Source: Chloroflexota bacterium (GTDB taxonomy: Bacteria > Chloroflexota > Dehalococcoidia > Lucifugimonadales > Lucifugimonadaceae). Taken from it: DNA of 64,000 nucleotides. Position 1 is the stretch's first letter. Each line of letters opens with the position of its first letter. Below, in pieces: positions 48,285-58,001 of this stretch. A model generated the notes under the pieces. That model was not told the origin of the DNA, did not search any database, and saw only the letters and a program-made list of their open reading frames with translations. A program made the position numbers and the translations under genes. Location: the NCBI GenBank assembly GCA_024275195.1, contig JAJRZP010000139.1, positions 5,645 to 69,644 of the forward strand. Direction: 5' to 3'.

Positions 48285-48638
48285 GCGCTAACGGACTATT
48301 GTTGAATTACTTAACAGCACCCAGCCCGGGAACGGAGTTGCTGGGTCGCCTGATGCTCACTCACTCTGTCGAGGACTCTCGTAACTCAGTAATCAGCCTT
48401 CTATCGAACCGATAAAAACGGTAACACCTTCGAAACCCAGCGTATGTTCCGCAGAGTGATGGGGGGTCATAAGAACGTATGATAACGGTCAATATTTGAT
48501 GCTTATTTGCCAACCTGCCTGCCTCAAGCCAACACCTATCTCACCTCTCGACATTGCTATGGCAACGAGCCAGTCACGAGGTGAATTCTTTACAGGCACC
48601 TAATTTCCGATAGCCCCGAACTCCCGGAACGCGATACA

Positions 48639-49613
48639 GTGCGTTCCTATCTTCAACAGCCGGACACTTGGAGAACAATTAACTTGTCGTACACCCACAT
48701 CTTCGCTGGAAACCCCTTCGACCGGGGAGATCATGCCCGACGCGACGAAGATTTGCTCAAGAAGATGGTTCGACAAGAAAACACGAAACTGCTGCCATTT
48801 CACAAGTTGAACCCGCTGATCCGCCGCAGGACGCATGCTGAACTGGCCTGGATCGGATATGAATTTCTCGACTCGCTCCCCGAAGAGGCGGGTGGACCTA
48901 AATTTCTCGGATTCGACTCTGATCAAAATCCGCACTTTGCGGTCGACATTTCCGCAGTAGAAGACCCTTCGTACATAGCAGCACTGGCAGCCGGAGCCGA
49001 ATTCGAGGACGGCCGATCTGCTGCTACCGACATCCCGGGGGAGCAATCGGGAATACTTGCTCAGGCACGATCGAATCTGAACTGGCACGCTCAGCACCGT
49101 TTCTGCTCCGCGTGTGGTGCGGAATCGCAGAGCCAGCGTGGCGGACTAATGCGTGAATGCCCGAGATGTAAATCTCAACATTTTCCTCGGACCGACCCGG
49201 TTGTAATCATGCTCGTCTACAAGGGCGACAGATGCGTGATGGGCAAGACGATGGCACGCCAGAACTCGACATTTTACTCATGCCTCGCCGGGTTCATGGA
49301 TCAGGGAGAGTCGATCGAAGAAGGAGTGCGACGAGAGGTGATGGAGGAGTCTGGAATCGCGGTCGGTAGAGTCGCATACCACTCATCGCAACCATGGCCG
49401 TTTCCTTCTTCGCTTATGATTGGATGTCATGCAGAGGCGATTTCAGATGTGATCACTACCGACCCGGGCGAGATGGCCGACGTTCGATGGTTCACCAGAG
49501 ACGAAGTGAAACTCGCACTCGAAAACAAACTGGAAGGCGTAAGCGTTCCCGGCCCCATCGCTATCGCTCATCATCTGATAAAAACCTGGGCGTACAACAC
49601 GGCAGATATGTAG
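48639..49613 (+). CDS. nudC: NADH pyrophosphatase (NudC-type Nudix hydrolase with zinc ribbon)
   Basis: Zinc ribbon CSACG...CPRC followed by the Nudix box GFMDQGESIEEGVRREVMEESGI and SQPWPFPSSLM. Confidence 0.88.
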   Translation: MRSYLQQPDTWRTINLSYTHIFAGNPFDRGDHARRDEDLLKKMVRQENTKLLPFHKLNPLIRRRTHAELAWIGYEFLDSLPEEAGGPKFLGFDSDQNPHFAVDISAVEDPSYIAALAAGAEFEDGRSAATDIPGEQSGILAQARSNLNWHAQHRFCSACGAESQSQRGGLMRECPRCKSQHFPRTDPVVIMLVYKGDRCVMGKTMARQNSTFYSCLAGFMDQGESIEEGVRREVMEESGIAVGRVAYHSSQPWPFPSSLMIGCHAEAISDVITTDPGEMADVRWFTRDEVKLALENKLEGVSVPGPIAIAHHLIKTWAYNTADM

Positions 49614-49758
49614 ATGGAAACTTTTTCGTATCGGGCCCGTTACAATTTCGAGTAATCCAACGAAATCGCCCGCTCGACAGCTTCATCAACCCATTGCCAC
49701 GGCTGCAGATGCAGAGTCACCGCGGCCAGCACTACCCCTCAGAACACCCCGATGGTGT

Positions 49759-50199
49759 CTACTCAATGAACTCGAGCCAGTTCCCCTCGGGGTCGCGGGC
49801 ATAGACGATTCCGTTACGTTTGCCATCTTCACTCTGTCGAATGATGGGTGCTGTTACAAAGACGATGCCCTTCGCCGATAAATCAGCGTGCGTACGCTCG
49901 ATGTCATCAACATTGAAGCAGATGTGATTCGTCCCAACGCGGGTCATGTCGTCATCACGTCCGGCTGAACGAGGATTGTGATACTTCACGAGTTCGATTC
50001 TATGACCACTCTCGAAACCTACGAAAACCAGTGTTCGTCGAGAGCCATCAAGCCCCGTGTGATTGCCTTCAGGAGGTGCATCAGACTGAATACGTCTCAA
50101 CTCGATGAGGCCGAGATAATTGCAATAAAAGCTGACCATCTTTTCGAGATCATCTACGACGATTCCAGTGTGATTAAATCCGGATACCAACTGATACAC
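49759..50199 (-). CDS. VOC-family (glyoxalase/bleomycin-resistance/dioxygenase) protein
   Basis: 146 aa with FNHTGIVVDDLEKMVSFY and HICFNVDD metal-ligand contexts and a C-terminal ARDPEGNWLEF. Confidence 0.88.
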   Translation of the reverse strand: MYQLVSGFNHTGIVVDDLEKMVSFYCNYLGLIELRRIQSDAPPEGNHTGLDGSRRTLVFVGFESGHRIELVKYHNPRSAGRDDDMTRVGTNHICFNVDDIERTHADLSAKGIVFVTAPIIRQSEDGKRNGIVYARDPEGNWLEFIE

Positions 50200-50350
50200 C
50201 TACCACTTTCCTTATAAAAACTTCATCGACTCCCAACTAAAAGCCCTCAGTATGGGTTGGGATTCCTGCCCGACATCCGCCGGATTTCACACTCTCGTCA
50301 CGGTTCTGTCGACTTGACAATCTCACTATATTCGCTGGAGACCTCTGCTT

Positions 50351-51376
50351 ATGCGCAAGAAGCCTATGATGGCGTTGTTGATCGTCTTTCTGATTGCAAG
50401 TGCTGCCTGCGTCGGCGTTGATGAGACAAACGCAACTGCGACAGCCGAAGCTGGAGGAACCGACAGGCAGTTTCTGGCCGACAACGCAACTGCAACAGCC
50501 GAGGCCGATGGGTTCGACGATAGAATACTGGTCTTTGACGCTACTGCCACGGCTGAAGCGGGCGGGTCGGACGACAGGTTACGTAACGCTTACGCGACAG
50601 CTACCGCCGAGGCAATCATCGATGAGGCGACATCCGTCGCTTACGACTTGGTTTACGACGCTACATCCACTGCGATAGCGATCGAGGATGAGGAGGAGGC
50701 CGCAAAAGCAGCACCCGAATCGGGCGAGCGACAAGCATTGACCCGGGCGTCAAAAATTGAAATCAGCACCCCTACGCCGGTTCCTGCTACTGCAACACCT
50801 GTACCGGTCGTGGTTCCAACAGCCACACAGGTACCAGTTCCTACTGCAACTGAAATACCTCTCACGATTGGCCTCTGGCTAACCGCACTTCAGGCGATTG
50901 AAATCGCATCTCAAGCCCAGCCTGGAATCGTGAAATATATCAGCGGTCACGTTTCACCACGCGCAGGGCGGGGCGACTACGGTGATGTCACATCCAACAC
51001 ACCAAGTCCGGGCGCTGGCTATTCATCATCATGGGAAGTGATGTTTGTAGATGGTGGTAAAGACTATTTGTGCGTGGTGCAAGCCGCCACTGCTGACTGT
51101 GGTCCAGGTTTTGGCTTCATTGACCCCGGCGACATTACCGGAGCAGATATCGATAGTTTGGCCGTGTTCGAAACATGGCGAGACAACGCCGAATGGAACG
51201 AACTTCTTGCAAATGACGACATAAGTACTCTGATGATACTTGAACCGGACGCAGGGGAAGGGACACCGTTGGTCTGGCGAGTCTATATCACCGTTCGCGG
51301 AGAATCGAACGGTTTGTCTGGCGGAAGTTTCTTCTGGACCCCGGCTACCAACTTTACTAAGTCCATCCCCTACTGA
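50351..51376 (+). CDS. hypothetical lipoprotein, paralogue 1 (ATATAEA repeats plus a conserved C-terminal domain)
   Basis: Signal peptide with lipobox (IASAAC) and four ATATAEA-type repeats. The C-terminal ~190 aa are clearly similar to the next gene. Confidence 0.7.
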   Translation: MRKKPMMALLIVFLIASAACVGVDETNATATAEAGGTDRQFLADNATATAEADGFDDRILVFDATATAEAGGSDDRLRNAYATATAEAIIDEATSVAYDLVYDATSTAIAIEDEEEAAKAAPESGERQALTRASKIEISTPTPVPATATPVPVVVPTATQVPVPTATEIPLTIGLWLTALQAIEIASQAQPGIVKYISGHVSPRAGRGDYGDVTSNTPSPGAGYSSSWEVMFVDGGKDYLCVVQAATADCGPGFGFIDPGDITGADIDSLAVFETWRDNAEWNELLANDDISTLMILEPDAGEGTPLVWRVYITVRGESNGLSGGSFFWTPATNFTKSIPY

Positions 51377-51493
51377 CCGTCCGGATTACGTACCCGTTTC
51401 AAATCGAACAGGGAGCAGATATTGTTTCCGTGTAAACAATGCATCTGAGCGTAGATGCGTCGTTTACAGTTCGAGCGCGGGGAGTTCAGGTAC

Positions 51494-52423
51494 ATGAACG
51501 ACAAAGTTCTGGGGGCAATGCTCGTTGTGTTGCTGCTCGCAATTGTCGGCTGCGAGAGCATCAACGAGATCGACACCGGCGGCGTCGAAGTCAACGGTTT
51601 ATCAGCCGGTGCGACCGCGACTATTCAGATAGTTCCGACAGCAAGGCCAACCGTTACAGCTACAGCGATTCCTATCGAACCCACAGCCAAGGCCGAGCCA
51701 CAGGATTCGCAACAAGGCGACGCGCCGGAATTCGCCAATCCAGAGGCAACCGTGTCCGCAGTCGACACACCGACCGTTGCCTTAGCCACAGTGGACACAA
51801 ATCCGACAACCACAGCTTCATCGCCGACTGCCACACCACATGCTGTGCCTACCACACCACCGCCAACCGCCACTCCCGTACCAACTCCAACAACCGAACC
51901 TGTGGAAAACATTGTTTGGATCACAGCACTAAAAGCGGTTGAGATCGCGTCCATTGCCAGACCCGGCACAGTTATAAATGTCAGCGGTCAGACCACGTCC
52001 CGGGTCGGGCAACGTAACATCGGAGACACTCTGAATGCCTTTGGAAGTCCCGGAGCCGGTTATTCGCTATCGTGGGAAGTAACGATCAACGATGGCGACC
52101 AGAAGTATCTGTGTGTGGTTCTCGGTGACATCGCAACGTGCAATACATCCCCCGGTACTTCCACCGGGGATATCTCTGGTGCGAACGTAGATAGCACGGC
52201 AGTATTCGAAATTTGGGAAGGCAACCCGGACTGGAATGAACTGCTGAACAACAATGACGCAAGCATCATGCTCAATCTATACGGCACGGACGAAGAGCCT
52301 TCAGCGCTCATCTGGCAAGCGTCGATAACTGTCGATGGAAACCCAATAGACCTGCGCGGCGGGAGCTTCAAGTGGACTCTCGAATCTGGCGAAACGAGTT
52401 TCACCACATACAAGCCGGGTTGA
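51494..52423 (+). CDS. hypothetical lipoprotein, paralogue 2
   Basis: ATG 51494 (GGGGAG upstream) gives MNDKVLGAMLVVLLLAIVGC with a lipobox. A Thr/Pro-rich linker follows. The C-terminal domain shares WxTALxAxEIAS...SPGAGYSxSWEV...YLCVV...C with 50351..51376. Confidence 0.7.
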   Translation: MNDKVLGAMLVVLLLAIVGCESINEIDTGGVEVNGLSAGATATIQIVPTARPTVTATAIPIEPTAKAEPQDSQQGDAPEFANPEATVSAVDTPTVALATVDTNPTTTASSPTATPHAVPTTPPPTATPVPTPTTEPVENIVWITALKAVEIASIARPGTVINVSGQTTSRVGQRNIGDTLNAFGSPGAGYSLSWEVTINDGDQKYLCVVLGDIATCNTSPGTSTGDISGANVDSTAVFEIWEGNPDWNELLNNNDASIMLNLYGTDEEPSALIWQASITVDGNPIDLRGGSFKWTLESGETSFTTYKPG

Positions 52424-52596
52424 TGCTCACCCGGTACAGATATCAGCCGCCTGGAGCGAAAATCGACAGTTAGCGGTTGCACTCGTTTCACTTTCCAGCT
52501 TCATTGCTAAACTTGCGCCATCCCAAGGATAGATCGTTCGCTGTTGTTCTGGCAGACCTGATGCAGGATCTCGAATCGATAACACGAGGTGGTCAA

Positions 52597-53766
52597 TTGA
52601 AGATCAAGTCCGTGAAAGCTGTGATCGTAAAGCTGCCAGAAGCAGCGAGTAAAACCAGACCAACCAGGCTGTCTTGGAATAAGTCGGCAAAACGGGCGAT
52701 GCCAGTAAACATCTACCCGGAATACTCCAACTTGCCCGGTGAAATGCCGGGTGGCGGACTCAAGACTGTGTGGGTGCAGGTCACCGCTGAGGATGGAACC
52801 TGGGGGCTTGGGAAGTGCGCATTCGGCGATCCTACGGCGGCGTTCGTGAACACTGTTATCGCCCCGATAATCGAAGGTCAGAATTGCCTTGCCATCGAAT
52901 ACCTGAACGACTTGACCCTTCGTGTTTCGCACCGATTCGGATCCTCTGGCACCGCATCGACGGCTATGGCTGGAGTCGATCTTGCCCTGTGGGACCTCAA
53001 AGGCAAGATCCTCAATCAACCCGTGTACTCACTGCTTGGTGGGCCGGTTCGTGACTCGATAACCTGCTACGCCACCTCTGATGATCTTGACTGGTCGCAG
53101 GAACTCGGATTCACGAAGTTCAAGATCACTAATCCGTCGCACTATTCAGATGGTGACACCGGGATCAGGACAGTTGTGGAACACGTCGCCAAGGCGCGTT
53201 CTCTGGTGGGTGATGGGCGCGATCTGATGATTAATCCGGTGATGTCGTTCAATGTCGAATTTGCTTTGCGCCTTCTTGAACAGCTCAGGCCATACAACCT
53301 GCGATGGTTCGAGGAACCCCTCGTACCAACCAATACCGAGGGACTCGCCCATCTCCGCAGGGCCGCCCCGTGGGTAGCAATCGCGACAGGAGAAGACCAT
53401 CACGGTCGCCACGCCTTTCTCGATCTCGTGGAAAAACGAGCGGTCGACATCATCCAACCTGATCTCAGTTGGGGCGGCGGCCTAACTGAAGCAATGAAGG
53501 CGCACGCTATCGCCGAGATGTGCGGCATAGCGACGATTCCACATGGCGGAGCAAACGATCCGTTCGGGCAGCACTTCGCAATGGCAGCTACCGAATCACC
53601 GATGGCCGAATACTGGCTCGGGACCGATCCGGGTGTGCCACTCGAAGAGACTGTACGAATTCCCGGCACGGCCGTTCCCGTAGAGGGCCAGGTGAAGCCA
53701 TCGCCCGAGCCCGGGTTCGGCATGCAATTCGAATCAGGTGATATCGCCGACTGGGGGTCGAACTAG
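52597..53766 (+). CDS. enolase-superfamily dehydratase, L-rhamnonate dehydratase-like (paralogue 1)
   Basis: A TTG start with GAGGTGG upstream gives MKIKSVKAV. The protein is collinear with the RhmD pattern (VDLALWDLKGKILNQPVYSLLGG, YATSDDL, NLRWFEEPL, TGEDHHG, IQPDLSWGGG, PGFG). Confidence 0.88.
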   Translation: MKIKSVKAVIVKLPEAASKTRPTRLSWNKSAKRAMPVNIYPEYSNLPGEMPGGGLKTVWVQVTAEDGTWGLGKCAFGDPTAAFVNTVIAPIIEGQNCLAIEYLNDLTLRVSHRFGSSGTASTAMAGVDLALWDLKGKILNQPVYSLLGGPVRDSITCYATSDDLDWSQELGFTKFKITNPSHYSDGDTGIRTVVEHVAKARSLVGDGRDLMINPVMSFNVEFALRLLEQLRPYNLRWFEEPLVPTNTEGLAHLRRAAPWVAIATGEDHHGRHAFLDLVEKRAVDIIQPDLSWGGGLTEAMKAHAIAEMCGIATIPHGGANDPFGQHFAMAATESPMAEYWLGTDPGVPLEETVRIPGTAVPVEGQVKPSPEPGFGMQFESGDIADWGSN

Positions 53767-53767
53767 C

Positions 53768-54952
53768 ATGAAGATAAAACACGTTCGCTGTATTCAGCTA
53801 AACACTCCGGTCGTCAAACCCGGGCCCAACACGCGCCCCGGCTGGAACTCCTACGCCATTCGTTCAAGGCCCATAGCGAGATTCTCGAACTACACGCGTG
53901 TCGATGGGAACCAACCCGGCACTATTGGAAAAGTCTGGGTTCAAATCACTGCTGACGACGGGACCTATGGGCTTGGCTCGTGCGCTCTCGGCCCAATGGC
54001 GGCACCGCTGATCGACTACTTTATTGCGCCGATGATAGAAGGACGCGATCCCTTCGCAATCGAACTCTTGAACGACCTCATATGGCGTTCACACGAGACT
54101 TTTCAGGGAGGCATCGCTACCGCGGCACAGAGCGGAGTTGATCTGGCACTCTGGGATCTGAAGGGTAAGCTGCTGGAACGACCCGTCTACGAGTTGATCG
54201 GTGGGCCGAGCCACAAGTCGGTCGACCTCTACGCGACGGGTGACGATCTCGAGTGGATGCGTGAGCTTGGGTTCAAACGGTTCAAAATCAGCAACCCGTT
54301 CTTCTATGAGCAGGGATCTGAAGGCCTGGCTCAGCTTGAAGAACATGTCGCACATGCCCGTGATGTCGTAGGGAACGATGCAGAGCTGATGATCAACCCG
54401 GTGATGTCGTTCAACGCCGATATGGCGCTCCGAGTCGCAGAACGGCTCAGACCGTACAAGTTGCGGTGGCTCGAAGAGCCACTTCCTCCGTGGGATCTGG
54501 AAGGGCACAAAGAACTGAAACGATCCATGACCTGGACCGCCCTCGCAACTGGCGAACACCACTATGGCCGTAAGTCGTTCCAGCAGTTAATCGCCGCCCG
54601 CGCCGTCGATATCGTCCAGCCCGATATCGAGTGGACTGGAGGATTCTCAGAGACGCTTAAGATTTACACCTACGCCGAAGCGGCAGGAATTGAAACGATC
54701 ACTCACATGGGCGGCAATACCGCCTGGGGACAACATTTCGCGTATGCAATGCCCGAATCATCGCAGGCGGAGTGGTTCATGGACACCGATGTTGGCCAGC
54801 CCGTTGCCGACAAGCTGATGCCGGGAGTGCCTGCGATGAAAGACGGCAGGGTAACTCCTTCCGACGCACCGGGGTTCGGTCTGGAAATTCCCGAAGACTG
54901 GATCGTACCGTGGGACTACGCAGGTCAGAAACGTGCGGTTTACACCACCTAG
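53768..54952 (+). CDS. enolase-superfamily dehydratase, L-rhamnonate dehydratase-like (paralogue 2)
   Basis: The ATG lies 1 nt after the upstream stop and gives MKIKHVRCIQL. The motif set matches 52597..53766 (KLRWLEEPL, TGEHHYG, VQPDIEWTGG). Confidence 0.88.
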   Translation: MKIKHVRCIQLNTPVVKPGPNTRPGWNSYAIRSRPIARFSNYTRVDGNQPGTIGKVWVQITADDGTYGLGSCALGPMAAPLIDYFIAPMIEGRDPFAIELLNDLIWRSHETFQGGIATAAQSGVDLALWDLKGKLLERPVYELIGGPSHKSVDLYATGDDLEWMRELGFKRFKISNPFFYEQGSEGLAQLEEHVAHARDVVGNDAELMINPVMSFNADMALRVAERLRPYKLRWLEEPLPPWDLEGHKELKRSMTWTALATGEHHYGRKSFQQLIAARAVDIVQPDIEWTGGFSETLKIYTYAEAAGIETITHMGGNTAWGQHFAYAMPESSQAEWFMDTDVGQPVADKLMPGVPAMKDGRVTPSDAPGFGLEIPEDWIVPWDYAGQKRAVYTT

Positions 54953-55070
54953 ATTGGGTGTGATGACCGACCAGCCGTCAAAATTCAGTATCTATACCCG
55001 TCGAACGGATTGATTCAGTCACCTTTCGCCCCTTCTGCAACTCAGAATCTCCGAACCATCCAACCCCATC

Positions 55071-55109
55071 ACGTCCCGTCTCCTGTGCGGAGAGCTTCTG
55101 TGGCTGTGG
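55071..55109 (+). repeat. intergenic conserved element, copy A
   Basis: ACGTCCCGTCTCCTGTGCGGAGAGCTTCTGTGGCTGTGG lies 137 nt upstream of the ATG at 55247. Confidence 0.55.
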
Positions 55110-55246
55110 CACTCAGGCCAAGGGTGAACAACGCCCAATCCAGCCAACGTCAGCCGACCGGTCAACCCGAGCAACACTTGCAACGCGCCATATCTGATCT
55201 AAACTCCCGGTTGCCGAATCATTCACAAACAAACCCGAGAGACAAC

Positions 55247-56431
55247 ATGAAAATCACAGCTGTAGATACATTCGTCGTCGATGCCGGATGGAGGCCCTGG
55301 CAATACGTTGCAGTCCGAACAGATGAGGGACTGACCGGATACGGCGAAATGTCAGATGGACGAAATCCATATGGCATCGTTGGGGCAGTTACCGATTTTC
55401 TGCCAGTACTCGAAGGGCGGGATCCGCTCGCTGTCGAGATGCGCTACTGGGACATGTATCGAATGGCGAGGCAATCACCTGGTGGAATCGCGGCAAAAGC
55501 GATTGCTGGGATTGAACTCGCACTTTGGGACATCAAGGGCAAGTCGCTTGGTGTGCCTGTCTACTCGCTGTTCGGCGGCCCAACTCGACAGAGTCAGCAA
55601 GTCTACTGGTCACACTGTGGAAGCTCTCGTGTTGCTCAGTCAGAACTGATCGGAGTCCCACCACTCGATTCGTTCGAGGCAGTGACCGAGCTTGGTGCGG
55701 AAGTGCGTGAAAAGGGATTCAAGGCCCTCAAAACAAACATCAACTACCCCGGACCAAACGCTCATGCCTATGTCGGTGGGTTTGGAACTGGCTCGACCGA
55801 CCAGAATGTGACCAAGGAAACCCTCGATCACGTTGAAAAGTACATCGGGGCGTTCGAAGACGGCACGAAGGGAGAAGTACAGATAGCACTCGACCTCAAC
55901 TTCCACTTCAAGCCACTGGCAGCACGGCTGATCTGCAACGTGATGGAGCAGTTCAACACCATGTGGGTCGAGATTGACATGTACGAGCCGGCGGGACTCG
56001 CCGAAGTCAAGGCTGGGACTATGGTTCCGATCACCTCGGGCGAAAACCTGTTCGGCATCCGAAACTACAGGCCGTACTTCGAGAATCGTTCGATGGACAC
56101 CGTGATGATCGATGTACCGTGGAACGGGTTCTCACGTTCCAGAGACATCGCAATGCTTGCTGAAAGCTACGAACTCAACATCGCACCACACAACTACTAC
56201 TCCCACCTGTCAACGATGCACTCGCTTCACCTCTGTGCGACCGTCCCGAACGTACGAATCATGGAAGCTGACATCGATGACGTCCCGTGGAAGGACGATC
56301 TAACTGGCGGCGCACTCGACTACACCGGAGGGGAACTACAGATACCAACCACCCCCGGCTGGGGAGTTGAACTAAACGAAGATGTAGCCCGGAAACACGT
56401 CTGGGAGCCAGGCCGAGGCCCGGGGTACTAG
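55247..56431 (+). CDS. enolase-superfamily acid-sugar dehydratase (galactonate-dehydratase-like)
   Basis: ATG 55247 gives MKITAVDTFVV, the family-typical N-terminus. IELALWDIKGKSLGVPVYSLFGG is present. The 79 upstream codons of the track ORF look non-coding and contain repeat copy A. Confidence 0.88.
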   Translation: MKITAVDTFVVDAGWRPWQYVAVRTDEGLTGYGEMSDGRNPYGIVGAVTDFLPVLEGRDPLAVEMRYWDMYRMARQSPGGIAAKAIAGIELALWDIKGKSLGVPVYSLFGGPTRQSQQVYWSHCGSSRVAQSELIGVPPLDSFEAVTELGAEVREKGFKALKTNINYPGPNAHAYVGGFGTGSTDQNVTKETLDHVEKYIGAFEDGTKGEVQIALDLNFHFKPLAARLICNVMEQFNTMWVEIDMYEPAGLAEVKAGTMVPITSGENLFGIRNYRPYFENRSMDTVMIDVPWNGFSRSRDIAMLAESYELNIAPHNYYSHLSTMHSLHLCATVPNVRIMEADIDDVPWKDDLTGGALDYTGGELQIPTTPGWGVELNEDVARKHVWEPGRGPGY

Positions 56432-56459
56432 GACCAATGGCACAGCGCCAAAGCCTCTC

Positions 56460-56497
56460 ACGTCCCGACTCCTGCGGAGGGATCTTCGGTGGGGAGG
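56460..56497 (+). repeat. intergenic conserved element, copy B
   Basis: ACGTCCCGACTCCTGCGGAGGGATCTTCGGTGGGGAGG lies 43 nt upstream of the ATG at 56541. Its 28-nt core differs from copy C at one position. Confidence 0.7.
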
Positions 56498-56540
56498 AAG
56501 CGGGGTGTAGCGGCGAAACCGCAGCACACAAAACCAACCC

Positions 56541-57362
56541 ATGAACATCATCGACGCACACCCGCATATCTATTCCGATGATCGATTCAAATACCCGACC
56601 ATCGACGATCCATGGAACCCGGGTGAGCCTGCAACTGTCGAAGACCTGAAGACGAAGATGGACGAATCAGGTGTCGGGCGGGCGGTTTTCATCCAGACCA
56701 GCACGTTCTACGGTCACGACAATCGATACGTGATGGATTCGACTCACCAGCACTCGGAATGGGCTACCGGTGTCGTAACTCTCAGTCCCGACGATCCACA
56801 GCACCTCGAAATTCTCGAAGATGCCGTGACCGATTTCTCTGTGCGGGGATTACGTGGCACTACCGATCGAAACGGCAAGCTCGACTCACCGAACGTGAAA
56901 CGGCTCTGGTCGAAAGCCAGTGATCTCGGAATTGTGGTGAACTGCATGGTCATGGACAACCTCGACCGAGTTTCAGAAATAGAAATGCTGGCAGGCGAAC
57001 TGGATGACCTGCAAATCGTCATCGACCACTGCTTCATGCTCAACGCATTCCGCAACACAGAAGAAACGCTGCTCGCCCTTGAAAGATTGGCGAATCGGCC
57101 GAACATTCATGCCAAGCTCACCAGTGGAACCCATGGATCTGCACGGGTCTATCCGCACGAGGACATGCACACCCCGCTAAAGCGGGTGATCGAGGCGTTT
57201 ACTCCACAGCGATGCGTCTGGGGCTCGAACTTCCCGAACGCTCTCTGGTCGAAGGGCACGAGCTACGCCCAGAATCTCTCGCTGTTCACCGACGAACTGG
57301 GACTTTCGGAGTCAGACAAGGCCGCGATTCTGGGTGGAACAGCCGAACGGCTCTGGTTTTAG
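56541..57362 (+). CDS. amidohydrolase_2-family hydrolase (sugar-lactonase-like)
   Basis: 273 aa with N-terminal MNIIDAHPHIY. It belongs to the same family as 1437..2288 and sits inside an acid-sugar cluster. Confidence 0.85.
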   Translation: MNIIDAHPHIYSDDRFKYPTIDDPWNPGEPATVEDLKTKMDESGVGRAVFIQTSTFYGHDNRYVMDSTHQHSEWATGVVTLSPDDPQHLEILEDAVTDFSVRGLRGTTDRNGKLDSPNVKRLWSKASDLGIVVNCMVMDNLDRVSEIEMLAGELDDLQIVIDHCFMLNAFRNTEETLLALERLANRPNIHAKLTSGTHGSARVYPHEDMHTPLKRVIEAFTPQRCVWGSNFPNALWSKGTSYAQNLSLFTDELGLSESDKAAILGGTAERLWF

Positions 57363-57443
57363 GCCGATCAGCGTATAATCACCAGCTTTTCCAATTGCTG
57401 AAGGGTTAGGTGCTCCATCGATATCGAACTACTTCGATTTTCC

Positions 57444-57884
57444 TTGTCAACTGAATTGGAAATGCTCGCCAGAATGGCAATTGGCGCCATCGTAGGCGGA
57501 ATCATCGGGTTTGAAAGGCGGCGGGCGGGCCGACCTGCCGGTATACGCACGATGGCACTCGTCGCTATGGGTGCAGCAGCATTCACTGTCGTTTCTATCT
57601 TCGGATTCGAAGGCGAAGAAGGCCAACTGCGTGATCCTGCCCGAGTCGCCGCACAGGTTGCCACCGGTGTGGGCTTCATCGGTGCTGGGACTATGATCCG
57701 ATCAGGAAAAATGGTCCGTGGACTGACTACCGCAGCGAGTCTCTGGCTATCGGCAGCATTAGGGGTCGCGGCAGGGGCTGGTATGTACGTTTTCGCCATT
57801 GGAGGGGCTTTTATTGCCCTGGCAATACTTGCAGGACTCCCTCGCCGGGTGGAATCTGACGAACTCGATGAATTTTCAGAGTAG
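57444..57884 (+). CDS. mgtC: MgtC/SapB-family membrane protein
   Basis: AIGAIVGGIIGFERR, GIRTMALV and QVATGVGFIGAGTMIR are characteristic. The start is uncertain (TTG 57444 or ATG 57462). Confidence 0.88.
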   Translation: MSTELEMLARMAIGAIVGGIIGFERRRAGRPAGIRTMALVAMGAAAFTVVSIFGFEGEEGQLRDPARVAAQVATGVGFIGAGTMIRSGKMVRGLTTAASLWLSAALGVAAGAGMYVFAIGGAFIALAILAGLPRRVESDELDEFSE

Positions 57885-58001
57885 TAAAACCATCCACCAT
57901 TCGCGCCAAGTAGAATTTCATACCACCATCGCAATCTAATAGTTGCGAATCCCTGCTTCTGCCAGTCACACAGCTCATTCTGGTAAAAGCGGCCCTGCTA
58001 C

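Noticed and set aside
50430-50640. Short direct DNA repeats (GCAACTGCNACAGCCGAGGC-like, about 4 copies) considered as a possible CRISPR or tandem repeat
   Set aside because: They are in frame inside a lipoprotein gene and encode the ATATAEA peptide repeat. Their spacing is irregular and there are no CRISPR-like spacers.
56259-56567. Minus-strand ORFs 56259..56567 and 61751..61987, which share the peptide PPKIPPQESG
   Set aside because: The shared peptide is simply the reverse-strand translation of repeat copies B and C. The conservation is at the nucleotide level in non-coding DNA, so these are not a protein family.
57368-57934. 188-aa minus-strand ORF rich in Ala/Pro/Ser covering the mgtC locus
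   Set aside because: It is antisense to a clear MgtC-family protein, and its low-complexity composition is typical of shadow ORFs.
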